A DNA stretch of 64,000 nucleotides from a virus, in the IMG/VR virus record IMGVR_UViG_3300033489_000513; one strand, written 5' to 3'. The position numbers were made by a program, and so were the translations under genes. Below the pieces are notes generated by a model. The model was not told the DNA's origin, searched no databases, and worked only from the letters and a program-made list of their open reading frames with translations. Shown one piece after another: positions 1 through 9,500 of the stretch (within the stretch, counting starts at the first letter, position 1; each line of letters begins with the position of its first letter).

Positions 1-47
1 TCCAAATGCTTTTCAAATCTTCATCAGACGCCGTTTTCAACCATTCA

Positions 48-419
48 TCAAAGTTCATTTTGATTTCTCCATTTTTGGTTATATATCTCTTCGGTAATTA
101 ATCCCTTAGAATGCTCGAAGAATGCGGCCAACTCGCGAATCCATTGAATGGACTGTGGTGAATTCATATAGTCCTTCCGTTTGTTTCGATACCTGAAGAG
201 GGAGTAAAATTCCTGAAAGCTGTTTTCAATGCTCCACATTTCAAACAAGCGGGCCTTGTGCCGCAAAATGCGGGCAACTATTCGGCAATCTCGTCCACAG
301 AGGGGAGCATAGATCCCGCATTTAGATTGGAGTCCCCACGCCAACCAGACTAACGTATCATATCCATCCACGTTGAGATCGAATTGTTCTCCATTAACTC
401 CATAGAGTGTGGTTCCCAT
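48..419 (-). CDS. hypothetical protein
   Basis: 123-aa ORF in a tightly coupled minus-strand run (TAATG overlap with upstream ORF). Confidence 0.6.
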   Translation of the reverse strand: MGTTLYGVNGEQFDLNVDGYDTLVWLAWGLQSKCGIYAPLCGRDCRIVARILRHKARLFEMWSIENSFQEFYSLFRYRNKRKDYMNSPQSIQWIRELAAFFEHSKGLITEEIYNQKWRNQNEL

Positions 420-580
420 TATTCAATCACCTTTTCCATAAATATACGATGAAGTTCAATATCAATATGATGACACTTTGGGCAAAAAGTGAGGGAAGAT
501 TTCCCGCCAATATCCCAGAAAGTTTGGCAACACCAATTACAAAATCCTTCATAGAGGGGGATGAGTTTTATCGTGTTCAT
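419..580 (-). CDS. small Zn-ribbon protein (53 aa, below ORF-track cutoff)
   Basis: manual translation MNTIKLIPLYEGFCNWCCQTFW...FCPKCHH; overlaps both neighbours by stop/start coupling. Confidence 0.55.
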   Translation of the reverse strand: MNTIKLIPLYEGFCNWCCQTFWDIGGKSSLTFCPKCHHIDIELHRIFMEKVIE

Positions 581-762
581 TTTATCAGTTCCGTCATATC
601 AATTTGGAGTTTGCCCTTCATAGGAATAGCTTCCTTCCGCCATTTTTCAATTTCAACCATACACGCATCTAAATCCAGAGAATCCGAATGAAAAACTCTC
701 TTCCCCCGAAAGCGGATGGTGATTTTAAAAAGGGATATTTCATTCATCATTTTCATCTTCAT
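577..762 (-). CDS. hypothetical protein
   Basis: 61-aa ORF, ATGA overlap with next gene. Confidence 0.5.
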   Translation of the reverse strand: MKMKMMNEISLFKITIRFRGKRVFHSDSLDLDACMVEIEKWRKEAIPMKGKLQIDMTELIK

Positions 763-1081
763 TTATTTGGATTAAGAGACCCTTAATAGTTTCCCTCAGA
801 AAGAAGTTTTCCTGCATTTGATACGCAGGATCACAATTTGTTTCTATATTATGAATATAATCACGGATTGGAAGTGGGAGATGGTTGATATTATCGGGCG
901 AAGGAGTCCAATTTTGATATCTCAATTTATTATTATAAATTCCAAAAAGCACTCCCGAAATCATCCCAATTGTAGCCGCATTCATATTATTGGGAATCCA
1001 AAGATAAATTATGAGTCCTATTAAAAATCCCCAAAGGAAGGGAAAAATGAAAAATTGCCAAATTGGTTTGAGTGATTGCAT
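740..1081 (-). CDS. putative membrane protein
   Basis: two N-terminal hydrophobic segments. Confidence 0.55.
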   Translation of the reverse strand: MQSLKPIWQFFIFPFLWGFLIGLIIYLWIPNNMNAATIGMISGVLFGIYNNKLRYQNWTPSPDNINHLPLPIRDYIHNIETNCDPAYQMQENFFLRETIKGLLIQINEDENDE

Positions 1082-1244
1082 TAATCTTCCTCCTTTTCTC
1101 GTTTATGCCGTTCGTTAATCCCTTCGAGAATGTGAAGCATTTTTTCGTGGTCTTCTTTTCCATAACCATTCATTTCAGCAGTACATTTTACCGCATCATT
1201 GAGATGAACACGAAATTTAGATGGTTTTTTGCCCATAAAGATAC

Positions 1245-1706
1245 CTACAATCCTGGTAACATTGGCGGCATTTTACCCGCCTTCAAGAGAGTTTCAAGTT
1301 GGGGACCTAAATATTCTCGGACGGTTTGTTTGTTGGGGAGCATCATATGAGGAAGAAACTCGTTTTCAAGGGTGGTGATTCCCTCCTGAATTGCTTCCCA
1401 TTTTGCTTTAATCATTAAGATGAGAGCCCGCCATAACCGCATACGTTCTTGTTGTAATACTCGATTGGTTTGTTCTTCGGTTCTCTCGCGACCAGTTGGT
1501 GTTTTAGAAAAACGTTCAGGATGAATGGGGGGAATCTTCATTTTGATTACAAATCCTTTCACTTTAAATCCAATTATTTCCCCTCCTTCGCCACTATACG
1601 TCATATAATCTGTCGCGCCCATAGTCCCAACTAATCGTTCTAATTCCATTTTAGAGTGCTCAACAGATACTTTAGTTTTTTTTGCGAAAGTGTATTCTTC
1701 GGACAT
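1245..1706 (-). CDS. conserved phage-type hypothetical protein
   Basis: likely start MSEEYTF; motif WRALILMIKAKWEAIQEGITTLENEFLPHMMLP resembles a widespread phage family (recognised from memory). Confidence 0.65.
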   Translation of the reverse strand: MSEEYTFAKKTKVSVEHSKMELERLVGTMGATDYMTYSGEGGEIIGFKVKGFVIKMKIPPIHPERFSKTPTGRERTEEQTNRVLQQERMRLWRALILMIKAKWEAIQEGITTLENEFLPHMMLPNKQTVREYLGPQLETLLKAGKMPPMLPGL

Positions 1707-1716
1707 AAGTTTTACC

Positions 1717-2013
1717 TCAAAACTGGGGGAAATGAAGTCTTTCAGGACCATAAAGAGCAATGAGATCCGCCCAATAATGCCGTAAACATTCGATGAAAGA
1801 ATGGGTGATAGTTATCATAATCAATCGTTTCTCTTCTTCGCTCGCGGACGAATAGATTTTCTCCCATTCCAACCAAGATTTAGGGAGGAGGGGATATCCC
1901 GCGAATTCTTTCTGAGATTCAAATTCTGCTTTGATTTTCTCAATCCATTCTCGAAAATTATCGTAATTTGTTAATTCGCGGGTTCCTTTTTCATCTTGTA
2001 CATAAGTGGGCAT
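1717..2013 (-). CDS. hypothetical protein
   Basis: 98-aa ORF in operon-like run. Confidence 0.55.
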   Translation of the reverse strand: MPTYVQDEKGTRELTNYDNFREWIEKIKAEFESQKEFAGYPLLPKSWLEWEKIYSSASEEEKRLIMITITHSFIECLRHYWADLIALYGPERLHFPQF

Positions 2014-2425
2014 TTAATCTCGCCTCGAATTTTTTCCAACGTTTGATTCTAAACTTCTTGATATCGGGAATGTCTTTAATCCTATCGATTGAGATTTTGA
2101 TCCATCGGGGAAGCAAAAAAGTCCAATGTGTGGACATTGCCCAATTATCGCGAGTCATCTTCTTTTCCCAATAGAACATTACTCGTAAAAACCGAAATCG
2201 GGTTAATTCCCAAACCGTACCCTTCACAGTATTGTAATCGTTTTGATCATAATGGGGTGGGACATAATCGCTATCTAAATGCCACCAATGAAATCGTTTT
2301 CCATGTGCTAACCAGAAAAGAAAGCGAGCTCGCGCGGGATTTCGACTAATCCAGAAGATGGGATATTTCGTGAATAATTCTTTCGTTGTTTTTCGTTCCT
2401 GCATAGAATTGTTCAAATTTTTCAT
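1991..2425 (-). CDS. hypothetical protein (Trp/Arg-rich)
   Basis: 144-aa ORF in run. Confidence 0.5.
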   Translation of the reverse strand: MKNLNNSMQERKTTKELFTKYPIFWISRNPARARFLFWLAHGKRFHWWHLDSDYVPPHYDQNDYNTVKGTVWELTRFRFLRVMFYWEKKMTRDNWAMSTHWTFLLPRWIKISIDRIKDIPDIKKFRIKRWKKFEARLNAHLCTR

Positions 2426-2437
2426 TTATTTCACCCA

Positions 2438-2980
2438 TCAAAATAACTTCTGGGATTTGCCAGCTTCTTGCCGTAATTTCTCGCGTTCAATCCGATGTTT
2501 TTTTTCCTCGGTATTTTCTTTTTCTTCTTCTTCCATCTCTTCTTGGGAAAAATCACTTTCGCTCAACTGGTGTTGCATTCGATAAAGCACCCGTTTGAGG
2601 ATAATGTCAAATTCTACGGGAGAAAGATGAGTTGACCCAATGAAAAACTCGCGTTGCTCGTGGGTGATAGAAATAGAACAACTTTCATAATCTTCTGTCT
2701 CATTAATTTCAAATATTTCTGCGCGATCTCCATTCCAATGGAGGATTTTGTAAAAACGTAACTCGTTATAATCTTCATCATCCCACTCTACTTTACAACA
2801 CGATCCTTCATCAAGTCCAAGCTTGAGAATGGACATCTCTTTTTCAAGAAATGCCTGTTCTAAAGAAAGAGGGAGAAGTTGCTCCCGCCAGAACTTGTCG
2901 CGTTCCTTGTCAAGTTTTGCACGTTTTTCGTTCAATTCTGCCAATTTGGTTTCTAAGATCTTAACATCTTTTTCTTCCAT
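2438..2980 (-). CDS. hypothetical coiled-coil/acidic protein
   Basis: 180-aa ORF, N-terminal heptad pattern. Confidence 0.6.
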   Translation of the reverse strand: MEEKDVKILETKLAELNEKRAKLDKERDKFWREQLLPLSLEQAFLEKEMSILKLGLDEGSCCKVEWDDEDYNELRFYKILHWNGDRAEIFEINETEDYESCSISITHEQREFFIGSTHLSPVEFDIILKRVLYRMQHQLSESDFSQEEMEEEEKENTEEKKHRIEREKLRQEAGKSQKLF

Positions 2981-2991
2981 AATCTCACAAC

Positions 2992-3513
2992 TTAAAATTG
3001 ATGATAGGGAAATTCTAATTTTTTAAATTTTTGTGCCACAGAGATATTTTCTTTCAACCAATGGAGAACTTTACCAATTCCTCCCAGACCGTCAGATCCA
3101 AAGAAATTAATACATCCAACTTTCCAAACGGGAGCGAGCAATTCTAAATATAATCTCCCCACAAATGCTTGAATGGAAGTATAAGGTTTCTCGAATATCT
3201 TTCGTAATTCCATTCTGAAAGTTATTTGGTTTAAGAATTGTTCGACTTTTTGGAAAGTCATTTGTTCATTATACGGCTTGATTACTTGGTCTGGATAAAG
3301 TATACCATATTTCGCGGAAAGGATCACAATATCCGCTTTGATGGATTCTGCATATTTGCAACCTAATTTAAAGAGAGTTCCTTGATACATTTCAATTGCT
3401 TTCGCTTTATGGTGAAGTTTTTCTTTCGAACATCCAAGGATGACCAAAGTTTTACGTTGGGCATTTAATTCATATGCAACGTGTTCAAGATGTTCAAGAT
3501 TCAGGTTTTTCAA
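2992..3513 (-). CDS. DUF6884/YaaA-like protein
   Basis: LVILGCSKEK...AIEMYQGTLF...ILSAKYGILYPDQVIKPYNEQM motif pattern. Confidence 0.6.
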   Translation of the reverse strand: MKNLNLEHLEHVAYELNAQRKTLVILGCSKEKLHHKAKAIEMYQGTLFKLGCKYAESIKADIVILSAKYGILYPDQVIKPYNEQMTFQKVEQFLNQITFRMELRKIFEKPYTSIQAFVGRLYLELLAPVWKVGCINFFGSDGLGGIGKVLHWLKENISVAQKFKKLEFPYHQF

Positions 3514-3519
3514 TTGATT

Positions 3520-4257
3520 TCACACCTTTGGTTTTAATTTGGACTTTGTACATAATAATTCCTGATTTCCAACGATAAATTCTGGGCCGATTCCTTCGAT
3601 ACGAGTTAGCTCATTATCTGGAATATTCCATCCTTTAATGATCTCACCTCTCTTACCCATATGTGTAACATTAGTATTACGAATCAATTCGAAGATAGTC
3701 ATTGGGTCGCCTAATGCATTCAGAAGGTCATAGGAACGTTCTTTGCAAAATCGCAAACCTTGAAGTAACCATAATTGTTCATCCGCGAGAGTCTTAAACT
3801 TTGGACTGGAACGGGCAATAATATGTTCCCCTTCTTTTTTGGGAGTTTGAAGTTGTTTGACAACTGTTCGAAGGAAAAGAGCTGTACCATCCATATCTTT
3901 TACAGGAAGAATAGGGACGCGGAATTTAATCATCACGGTGCATAACGCGCCATAGATCGCCTGAGGGAGAACCCTCGTTTTCGTAAAAGCAGAATCAAAA
4001 TCTTCCAGAAGGAGAATGGGGATTTCATATGCATTCTTTAACCGCCCAATTTCATCAAAGAGACGACCATCAAGAATGGAAGCTGTAAAATCACTTCCCT
4101 TCTTCCGTTCAATTCCCACTCTCATCGAAGGAACGAAGTCGGCAACATCCAGAAGATCATCCGTTTTTACGTTGATTTCAGGATATTTTTTCATCTTCGA
4201 AATCACTGCTAATTCTCGGAAGTCTGCTAAGAGCGTATACATAGGCGTTGTAAGCAT
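3520..4257 (-). CDS. ERCC4-domain (XPF/Mus81/Hef-like) structure-specific nuclease
   Basis: GIERKKGSDF..SILDGRLFDEIGRL catalytic ERKxxxD motif; C-terminal HhH-like IEGIGP. Confidence 0.85.
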   Translation of the reverse strand: MLTTPMYTLLADFRELAVISKMKKYPEINVKTDDLLDVADFVPSMRVGIERKKGSDFTASILDGRLFDEIGRLKNAYEIPILLLEDFDSAFTKTRVLPQAIYGALCTVMIKFRVPILPVKDMDGTALFLRTVVKQLQTPKKEGEHIIARSSPKFKTLADEQLWLLQGLRFCKERSYDLLNALGDPMTIFELIRNTNVTHMGKRGEIIKGWNIPDNELTRIEGIGPEFIVGNQELLCTKSKLKPKV

Positions 4258-5348
4258 TACGAACTTTCCCCTTTAACCCATCCTTCTTTATACATTTTTA
4301 CTGCACGAAACACGGAATCGGCATATTCTTTTCCCCCTTTATTCGTGCAATAAATGAGATCATCTTCCACACGATTAATCGTAACAAAGGCAGATCCTCT
4401 TGTCCACCGAGTTCCTTGAACGAATAGACGTATGGCGTTCGCGCGCGCCCTTTTACAAACTTCAGAACATGGTTTGTCGAAAATTAAACGGGGTTCTTTG
4501 AGAGGTTCTACTTCTTCATGAGTTTCACTGAGCGGACAATATCGACAATCATAATCGGAGTCTCCCGTGAAATACCGAAAATCATCCGTGGAAAAATGAG
4601 TTAATACTGCGTTTTGGCGTAATTCATCCGCGAGCAATAATTCCCGTTGACGTTTTACTTGGAGAGCCTTCCATTTTGCCTCATCCCACTTAAATAAAAC
4701 CGTAAATTTATGGGCATTTGCTTTATTCAAAAAGAGAAATTCCATACTCGGTAATCCAGTAGCCTTCAGATAAGGAAGGCCTTGATCTTCATGTTCTTCA
4801 GATAATCCTTCCAGTTCGTAATTATGAAACGCAAAAATAGGCGAAGCGGATTTTATGTCCCAGATTTTAACCCATTTCGCATCGGGATGCTTGAACTTAC
4901 CCATCCCCCTGTAACCTTCAAATTGAACTTCCTTTTCGATAAATCCTGGTTGAGTTACTAATGCGCCATCTATTGGGCTTCTAACTTTCCTGCCAGGAAT
5001 AAGTTCCGTTTCGATGTAAACTTCATCCCCATAGACAAGATCAGGATAGAGTTTCTGCCATTTTGTTGCATATATCTCACGAAAGGCAGGTTGAATAATT
5101 AAACTATGCCACATCGTTCCAACTCGCATCGGACCTTTATCGGCTTTGATGCCAGCCACGGGAGGAATCGGCAAGCCTGCTTCTTTATATGCCCGGAAAA
5201 ACGTGCATTTTCCGAGAGATGAAGCACCTTCCCATCCTTCTGGATGGATGTGATACTTTGCATTTTTGCGTCCGAGTTCAACCCAATAATCTTCCAAATC
5301 CGCGCAAAGATCAATGTTAAGATTTGGATAAATTGCAATTTCGCTCAT
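4257..5348 (-). CDS. Cas4/RecB-like PD-(D/E)XK exonuclease
   Basis: ASSLGKC N-terminal Cys, GTMWH, IDG...WDIKS, Q-x-x-x-Y helix, C-terminal CRYCP..C cluster. Confidence 0.7.
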   Translation of the reverse strand: MSEIAIYPNLNIDLCADLEDYWVELGRKNAKYHIHPEGWEGASSLGKCTFFRAYKEAGLPIPPVAGIKADKGPMRVGTMWHSLIIQPAFREIYATKWQKLYPDLVYGDEVYIETELIPGRKVRSPIDGALVTQPGFIEKEVQFEGYRGMGKFKHPDAKWVKIWDIKSASPIFAFHNYELEGLSEEHEDQGLPYLKATGLPSMEFLFLNKANAHKFTVLFKWDEAKWKALQVKRQRELLLADELRQNAVLTHFSTDDFRYFTGDSDYDCRYCPLSETHEEVEPLKEPRLIFDKPCSEVCKRARANAIRLFVQGTRWTRGSAFVTINRVEDDLIYCTNKGGKEYADSVFRAVKMYKEGWVKGESS

Positions 5349-5350
5349 AA

Positions 5351-5722
5351 TTATTCCTCAGCATTGAGAAAAATCTCGGCAAGATCTTTCATTGGAACTT
5401 CGATCCGTTTTTCCTGCTTGAGTTGTTGGAGCAAGAATTTCACTCTGACAAATTTTTCCAATTTCAACACGAGTATCTCTGGATAAAAACCAGCGGAAAG
5501 AGATTTAATGAAATTAGACCATTGAAAAGTTCTTGTATCATCTTCAGAATCTACAGTTTTCATATCATCTTCAATGGCATGAATGAGATCTGCTACTTTC
5601 ACGATTTTCTTGAGATTAACCAACATATATTTTGGTTCAAGTTTTTTCCACTTTCGGATTGGCATTTTTCTTCTCTTCCAAATGATTTTCTTCTTCAAAT
5701 TGATCGAGACATTCTTCGCCAA
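5351..5722 (-). CDS. hypothetical basic protein
   Basis: 123-aa ORF; overlaps upstream ORF so true start uncertain. Confidence 0.45.
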   Translation of the reverse strand: MAKNVSINLKKKIIWKRRKMPIRKWKKLEPKYMLVNLKKIVKVADLIHAIEDDMKTVDSEDDTRTFQWSNFIKSLSAGFYPEILVLKLEKFVRVKFLLQQLKQEKRIEVPMKDLAEIFLNAEE

Positions 5723-6152
5723 GTGGTTCCCGTTCTAACCGACCACCACAAGCATCATTATTACATTCCACGCAATCTTCAGACATCTTCAAGTGAGGAG
5801 CAGACATATCTGCGTCAGGATTATAATAAACAATCAAATCCAATACTGTTTCTTCCCCTTTAAACCAAGGATCCTTCTTATATGCGCTAAGAAGGAAATC
5901 CTTCAATTTCTCAGGAGTGGTTTGAGCATCGAATATAGCTATATCTTCATTAATTTCTTTGAGGAGAAGCGAGCGAAAGGCGATAATTAAACGGGGACCC
6001 AAGATTTTGGCTTGGTCTGCTTTCCGCCAGCTTCCAAGTTTGTGTTCTTCCCACTCCATCACTTTAATTGGGATGGATTTATGCATTCGGATGGTCGTAT
6101 AAATGGGCCAATTTAACTTAAGCCAATTATAGGAAAAATAGCGAGGTTTCAT
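5637..6152 (-). CDS. hypothetical protein
   Basis: 171-aa ORF directly downstream of a CTCACAAACC-TTTATAT promoter. Confidence 0.6.
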   Translation of the reverse strand: MKPRYFSYNWLKLNWPIYTTIRMHKSIPIKVMEWEEHKLGSWRKADQAKILGPRLIIAFRSLLLKEINEDIAIFDAQTTPEKLKDFLLSAYKKDPWFKGEETVLDLIVYYNPDADMSAPHLKMSEDCVECNNDACGGRLEREPLGEECLDQFEEENHLEEKKNANPKVEKT

Positions 6153-6176
6153 ATGAAAGGATATTTGTGACAGAAA

Positions 6177-6195
6177 ATATAAAGGTTTGTGAGAG
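6177..6195 (-). promoter_or_regulatory. class C promoter (CTCTCACAAACC-TTTATAT)
   Basis: TATA ~25 nt upstream of ATG at 6152; same arrangement near 24312, 35746, 39604, 43317, 44071. Confidence 0.6.
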
Positions 6196-6364
6196 TCTAT
6201 CCCTTATCTTTTTCAATAATAGGGTTTGTTTTTTCTTCTTTGTTTCCGCCTTCTTCTTCATCACAACCATTCGGACAGTGAAAAGCTTTGTCGGAGCCTA
6301 ATTGCATAAAAAAATTACATTTATGACAAACCGATATCATTGGATTATTGGGGGACATATAGAA

Positions 6365-6673
6365 TTAAGCAGGTTTCTGATCGGGTGCAGGCGCAGGCAC
6401 AGGTGCAGGCGCAGGTTCGGGCGGAGTAGCGGGAGTCGGGGATTGTGGAATAACTGGAGTCTCTTTCTTCCCCTTCATCTTCATTTCGGAAATTTCTTTT
6501 GCAATCGCATCCGCAATTGCCTGTTCCGAGATATTATGAACTTTTGCCCAGCAAGCGCCAGCATCCTTAAGGAACTCTAACCAATTCTCTTGCGAGATTG
6601 TTTTCAAAGCTTTAAGTCGATATCCGTCAACAGGCGGGAATGATTGTGCAACATATACTGGTTTCTCAGACAT
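6365..6673 (-). CDS. hypothetical protein with Pro/Ala-rich C-terminal tail
   Basis: PATPPEPAPAPVPAPAP tail; TATA-TTCTCAC promoter upstream. Confidence 0.6.
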   Translation of the reverse strand: MSEKPVYVAQSFPPVDGYRLKALKTISQENWLEFLKDAGACWAKVHNISEQAIADAIAKEISEMKMKGKKETPVIPQSPTPATPPEPAPAPVPAPAPDQKPA

Positions 6674-6724
6674 ATTATTTCACAATTAAAAGGAGAGTGT
6701 GAGAATATTAAAAGTTAATGATTT

Positions 6725-7054
6725 CTAAGAAATTTTCTTTACATTAATTATGTCAATAAATTGAAAGCTACTTGTCGCATGGGGACCAAACCCTTTTTTA
6801 TAGGGATATATGAGCGCTTCAAATCGCACGCGATCTCCAATTTGGAATGGCGCAAAGGGAATTGCTTCTGCCCACATATGATCAATGTATTTTTTATCCA
6901 CTCTTATTTCTTTCAATAAGATTCGCTGATGACTTTCAGGTGTGAAACCCCACGAAAAATCAATAGTAGATTGGGCAGTAATGTTTCCATAACAAAGGCA
7001 ACGCTTTCCCGAACAATCCAGCAGGCATTTTCGTTCCCAGCGTTGGTGCTTCAT
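6725..7054 (-). CDS. hypothetical protein, possible OB-like fold
   Basis: DHMW...FQIGDRVRFEALIYPYKKG pattern seen in phage proteins. Confidence 0.5.
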   Translation of the reverse strand: MKHQRWERKCLLDCSGKRCLCYGNITAQSTIDFSWGFTPESHQRILLKEIRVDKKYIDHMWAEAIPFAPFQIGDRVRFEALIYPYKKGFGPHATSSFQFIDIINVKKIS

Positions 7055-7056
7055 AA

Positions 7057-7758
7057 TTATCCTCCAATGGAATGTAATTTAACCTCAAACCCACCTTGAA
7101 TAGTTCCTGGAATCGGAGTTTGAACCTGCCGTTTTGGTTCAATCTCGCTAAGGAGATGCTTATTTTTGGGATGACCTTTTTCAAACACTCCGATATCCAC
7201 TGCGGGATATTTTTTCCGAATTTGTTCGTGAATAATTTTTCCCGATTCTTTGCTCTTTTTCACGATAATATGATATCCCCCACGAGTCTCCGCAGTATAG
7301 AGAATATGTCCACTCAAGATATCAGATATTTCTTGCAAAAGAGAAGATTCTTTCTTATCCACGTCTACAAGAGAATAAAGGGTTCGAGAATTATTTCGAT
7401 GAACACAAGAATACCATTCTCGCCCAACCAATCGCAAAGTAGGTAATTGATTGGCAGCGATTGCATCTAACCCATATTTCATCACATCCCGAAAAGCTTT
7501 GATGAGAGATTTGGGATTTAAATCCATATAGAATACATACGCTTCCTCTGGGAAACCTAATCGTTTTGTAGTATAATCCACTCTTTCAAGAGTTGAAGTC
7601 AATCGTTCTAACGTAACTTCTTCAAATGTTCCAAATTCGACTCCCCGCGTGGTTTTCGCTGCTTCACAATATTTCTTTCGAGCAGCTCCGAAGAGAATAT
7701 ATACCTCTCCTTCTTGAAGAGGTTCCAAGAGCGAAATAAATCGTGGATCAATATTCAT
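7057..7758 (-). CDS. AEP (archaeo-eukaryotic primase) superfamily-like protein
   Basis: LVDVD (DxD) and ETRGGYH motifs in AEP order and spacing. Confidence 0.5.
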   Translation of the reverse strand: MNIDPRFISLLEPLQEGEVYILFGAARKKYCEAAKTTRGVEFGTFEEVTLERLTSTLERVDYTTKRLGFPEEAYVFYMDLNPKSLIKAFRDVMKYGLDAIAANQLPTLRLVGREWYSCVHRNNSRTLYSLVDVDKKESSLLQEISDILSGHILYTAETRGGYHIIVKKSKESGKIIHEQIRKKYPAVDIGVFEKGHPKNKHLLSEIEPKRQVQTPIPGTIQGGFEVKLHSIGG

Positions 7759-7787
7759 AATCTCACGATAACTAATGGGAAGGCAAG

Positions 7788-7807
7788 TTTTTAAGGGTTT
7801 GTGAGAG
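7788..7807. promoter_or_regulatory. divergent promoter (TTTTAA + TTGTGAGAG) between AEP-like and HNH genes
   Basis: single T/A box 22-30 nt from both divergent start codons (7758 and 7817). Confidence 0.5.
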
Positions 7808-7816
7808 AATAAGATT

Positions 7817-8500
7817 ATGGATGTTTTGAAAAAATGTCATCATTGTATGGAATATTATTTAGGGCAATTAATGAATCCAATGGCATATTGTCCGAAACCA
7901 GATTGTCAAAAGGTATGGAAGCGAGTTTTAGTTAGTATAATTCATCAAAGATACCATTTAATGGAGGACTTGGATGTTTGGTCTCCTACTTTGAAGGATG
8001 ATTATGGGTTTCCTCGAAGAGTCTGCCGGATTTGTGGGGGACTTCTTCGATATACTAAGAAAGGGCGCGTGTCTCAGTCGAGATATTGTGATGAATGTCG
8101 CGCCAAGGAGGGTGATGGATTATTTCGTAAAATATTTGCTATGTTTGAATGGAATGAAGCTCGCGCTGCATTTATGCGCCAAAAGAGAATTGCGTGGGAT
8201 GGTAAAGATGTTTATGAATGTGAAGGGTGTCACGAATTCTTTCCCGCATCTAAAGTAGATGTGCATCATATCAAACCCGTCCATACTCTCGATGAAACAA
8301 ACTATCGTCTTACGTGGGATCCTTCGAATTTCACGATTCGTTGTGCAAAATGCCATGGTATCGCACATCGAAAAGCGGAGAAGATTTCTCCTTCTGAATT
8401 GTACAAACAACAAATGAGAAAAGTCCACCTTTCATTGGATAGATTCTTGCCTTCAACGCAAGTTTTGAAAGAAATAAAAAAGGAAGAAGCGTCACGATAA
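7817..8500 (+). CDS. HNH endonuclease with Zn fingers
   Basis: CEGC...VDVHHIKPVH...DPSNF..RCAKCHGIAH. Confidence 0.85.
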   Translation: MDVLKKCHHCMEYYLGQLMNPMAYCPKPDCQKVWKRVLVSIIHQRYHLMEDLDVWSPTLKDDYGFPRRVCRICGGLLRYTKKGRVSQSRYCDECRAKEGDGLFRKIFAMFEWNEARAAFMRQKRIAWDGKDVYECEGCHEFFPASKVDVHHIKPVHTLDETNYRLTWDPSNFTIRCAKCHGIAHRKAEKISPSELYKQQMRKVHLSLDRFLPSTQVLKEIKKEEASR

Positions 8501-8541
8501 AGGCGAAAACTAGCGCTTTGAGTGAAACGATCATTCGCTTC
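8486..8541 (-). ncRNA. k-turn-closed guide-like sRNA kt1
   Basis: GAAGCG-AAU-GA-UCG [31 nt] CG-U-GA-CGCUUC; no own promoter, lies 7 nt past stop of ORF 8548-8871. Confidence 0.65.
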
Positions 8542-8547
8542 GAGAAT

Positions 8548-8871
8548 CTAACGTTTTCGGGTTGGTTTCTTAGAAACGGGTTTTGCTTTCAATGTAGAAG
8601 AGAGATCCGCAAATAAATTCTTTAGATTTTCATCAACCTGTGTAATCTCCGTTTTAAATTTCTTCTCAAGAGCTTCATCCCGTTTGATGGAAAGTTCATC
8701 TATTGAACCAAGTTTACGTTCAAAACGGGCACGATCTTCTTGAAGATCTGCGATAGCAGAATTAATGCCCGCCAAACTCTTTATATAAATTTCAACTTCT
8801 GCTTGGAGACTTTTAAATGCGTTTATATCAACTTTCTCAGTTTTATTTCGTTTAAAGAGATCCATATGCAA
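8548..8871 (-). CDS. coiled-coil hypothetical protein
   Basis: 107 aa, heptad pattern. Confidence 0.6.
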   Translation of the reverse strand: MHMDLFKRNKTEKVDINAFKSLQAEVEIYIKSLAGINSAIADLQEDRARFERKLGSIDELSIKRDEALEKKFKTEITQVDENLKNLFADLSSTLKAKPVSKKPTRKR

Positions 8872-8884
8872 ACCTTCTAAGTTT

Positions 8885-8903
8885 GTGAGAGATATCCTCT
8901 CAC
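8885..8903. promoter_or_regulatory. perfect dyad GTGAGAG-N5-CTCTCAC
   Basis: inverted pair of the genome-wide GTGAG half-site next to a TATA box. Confidence 0.55.
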
Positions 8904-8925
8904 GGATATAAAAAGATTGGGAAAA

Positions 8926-9471
8926 TTATTTACTTTTAAAATATTTGTTTTTTGAGAAACTCATCATAGTCGTGTCTCCTATTTGTGAGAAGAGATGCTG
9001 ATCCTTTGTATTATCGGACATCCATGTGGTCCACGTATATTCTTTAGGTGGCCAATCATAATGAGTTGGTGGCCATCTAGTGGGTTCGTGTGATGGGGGT
9101 TCGGGCGATGGGATAATATAGGGTTGAATGATAACTTTAACCGGTTCTGGTTTGAATGTTTCCACGGGAGTTTCTTTAGGTTTAGGAAGTTTATATCCAC
9201 GCCGATTGAAAATCTGGTGTAAGAAGGAGAAAACGAGGGATCCAATTCGATATCCAAACCCTGAACTCCGTTTTTGTTGGGTTAGAATAATATCGAGTTT
9301 CATATTTAACTCCGCTATTGCGCGGAAGAGCATTTCATCCATCTTTGGCGCGGGAGGAACGTTTTCACCAAGCATCCCACAAATTTTGCAAGGGGACTTT
9401 TCCCATTTCGCGCCACAACCTGGGCAATATTTAATGTCTGATGTCGATTCTTCTGAAATATGAATCACCAC
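8926..9471 (-). CDS. Zn-ribbon + Pro-rich hypothetical protein
   Basis: CPGC..CKIC N-terminus. Confidence 0.55.
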   Translation of the reverse strand: MVIHISEESTSDIKYCPGCGAKWEKSPCKICGMLGENVPPAPKMDEMLFRAIAELNMKLDIILTQQKRSSGFGYRIGSLVFSFLHQIFNRRGYKLPKPKETPVETFKPEPVKVIIQPYIIPSPEPPSHEPTRWPPTHYDWPPKEYTWTTWMSDNTKDQHLFSQIGDTTMMSFSKNKYFKSK

Positions 9472-9500
9472 AATGAGATAGTTCTCACAATTATAAAAAC

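Noticed and set aside
4257-5348. cas4 as part of a CRISPR-Cas locus
   Set aside because: No cas1/cas2 or array nearby; sits beside an ERCC4 nuclease like a stand-alone viral recombination exonuclease.
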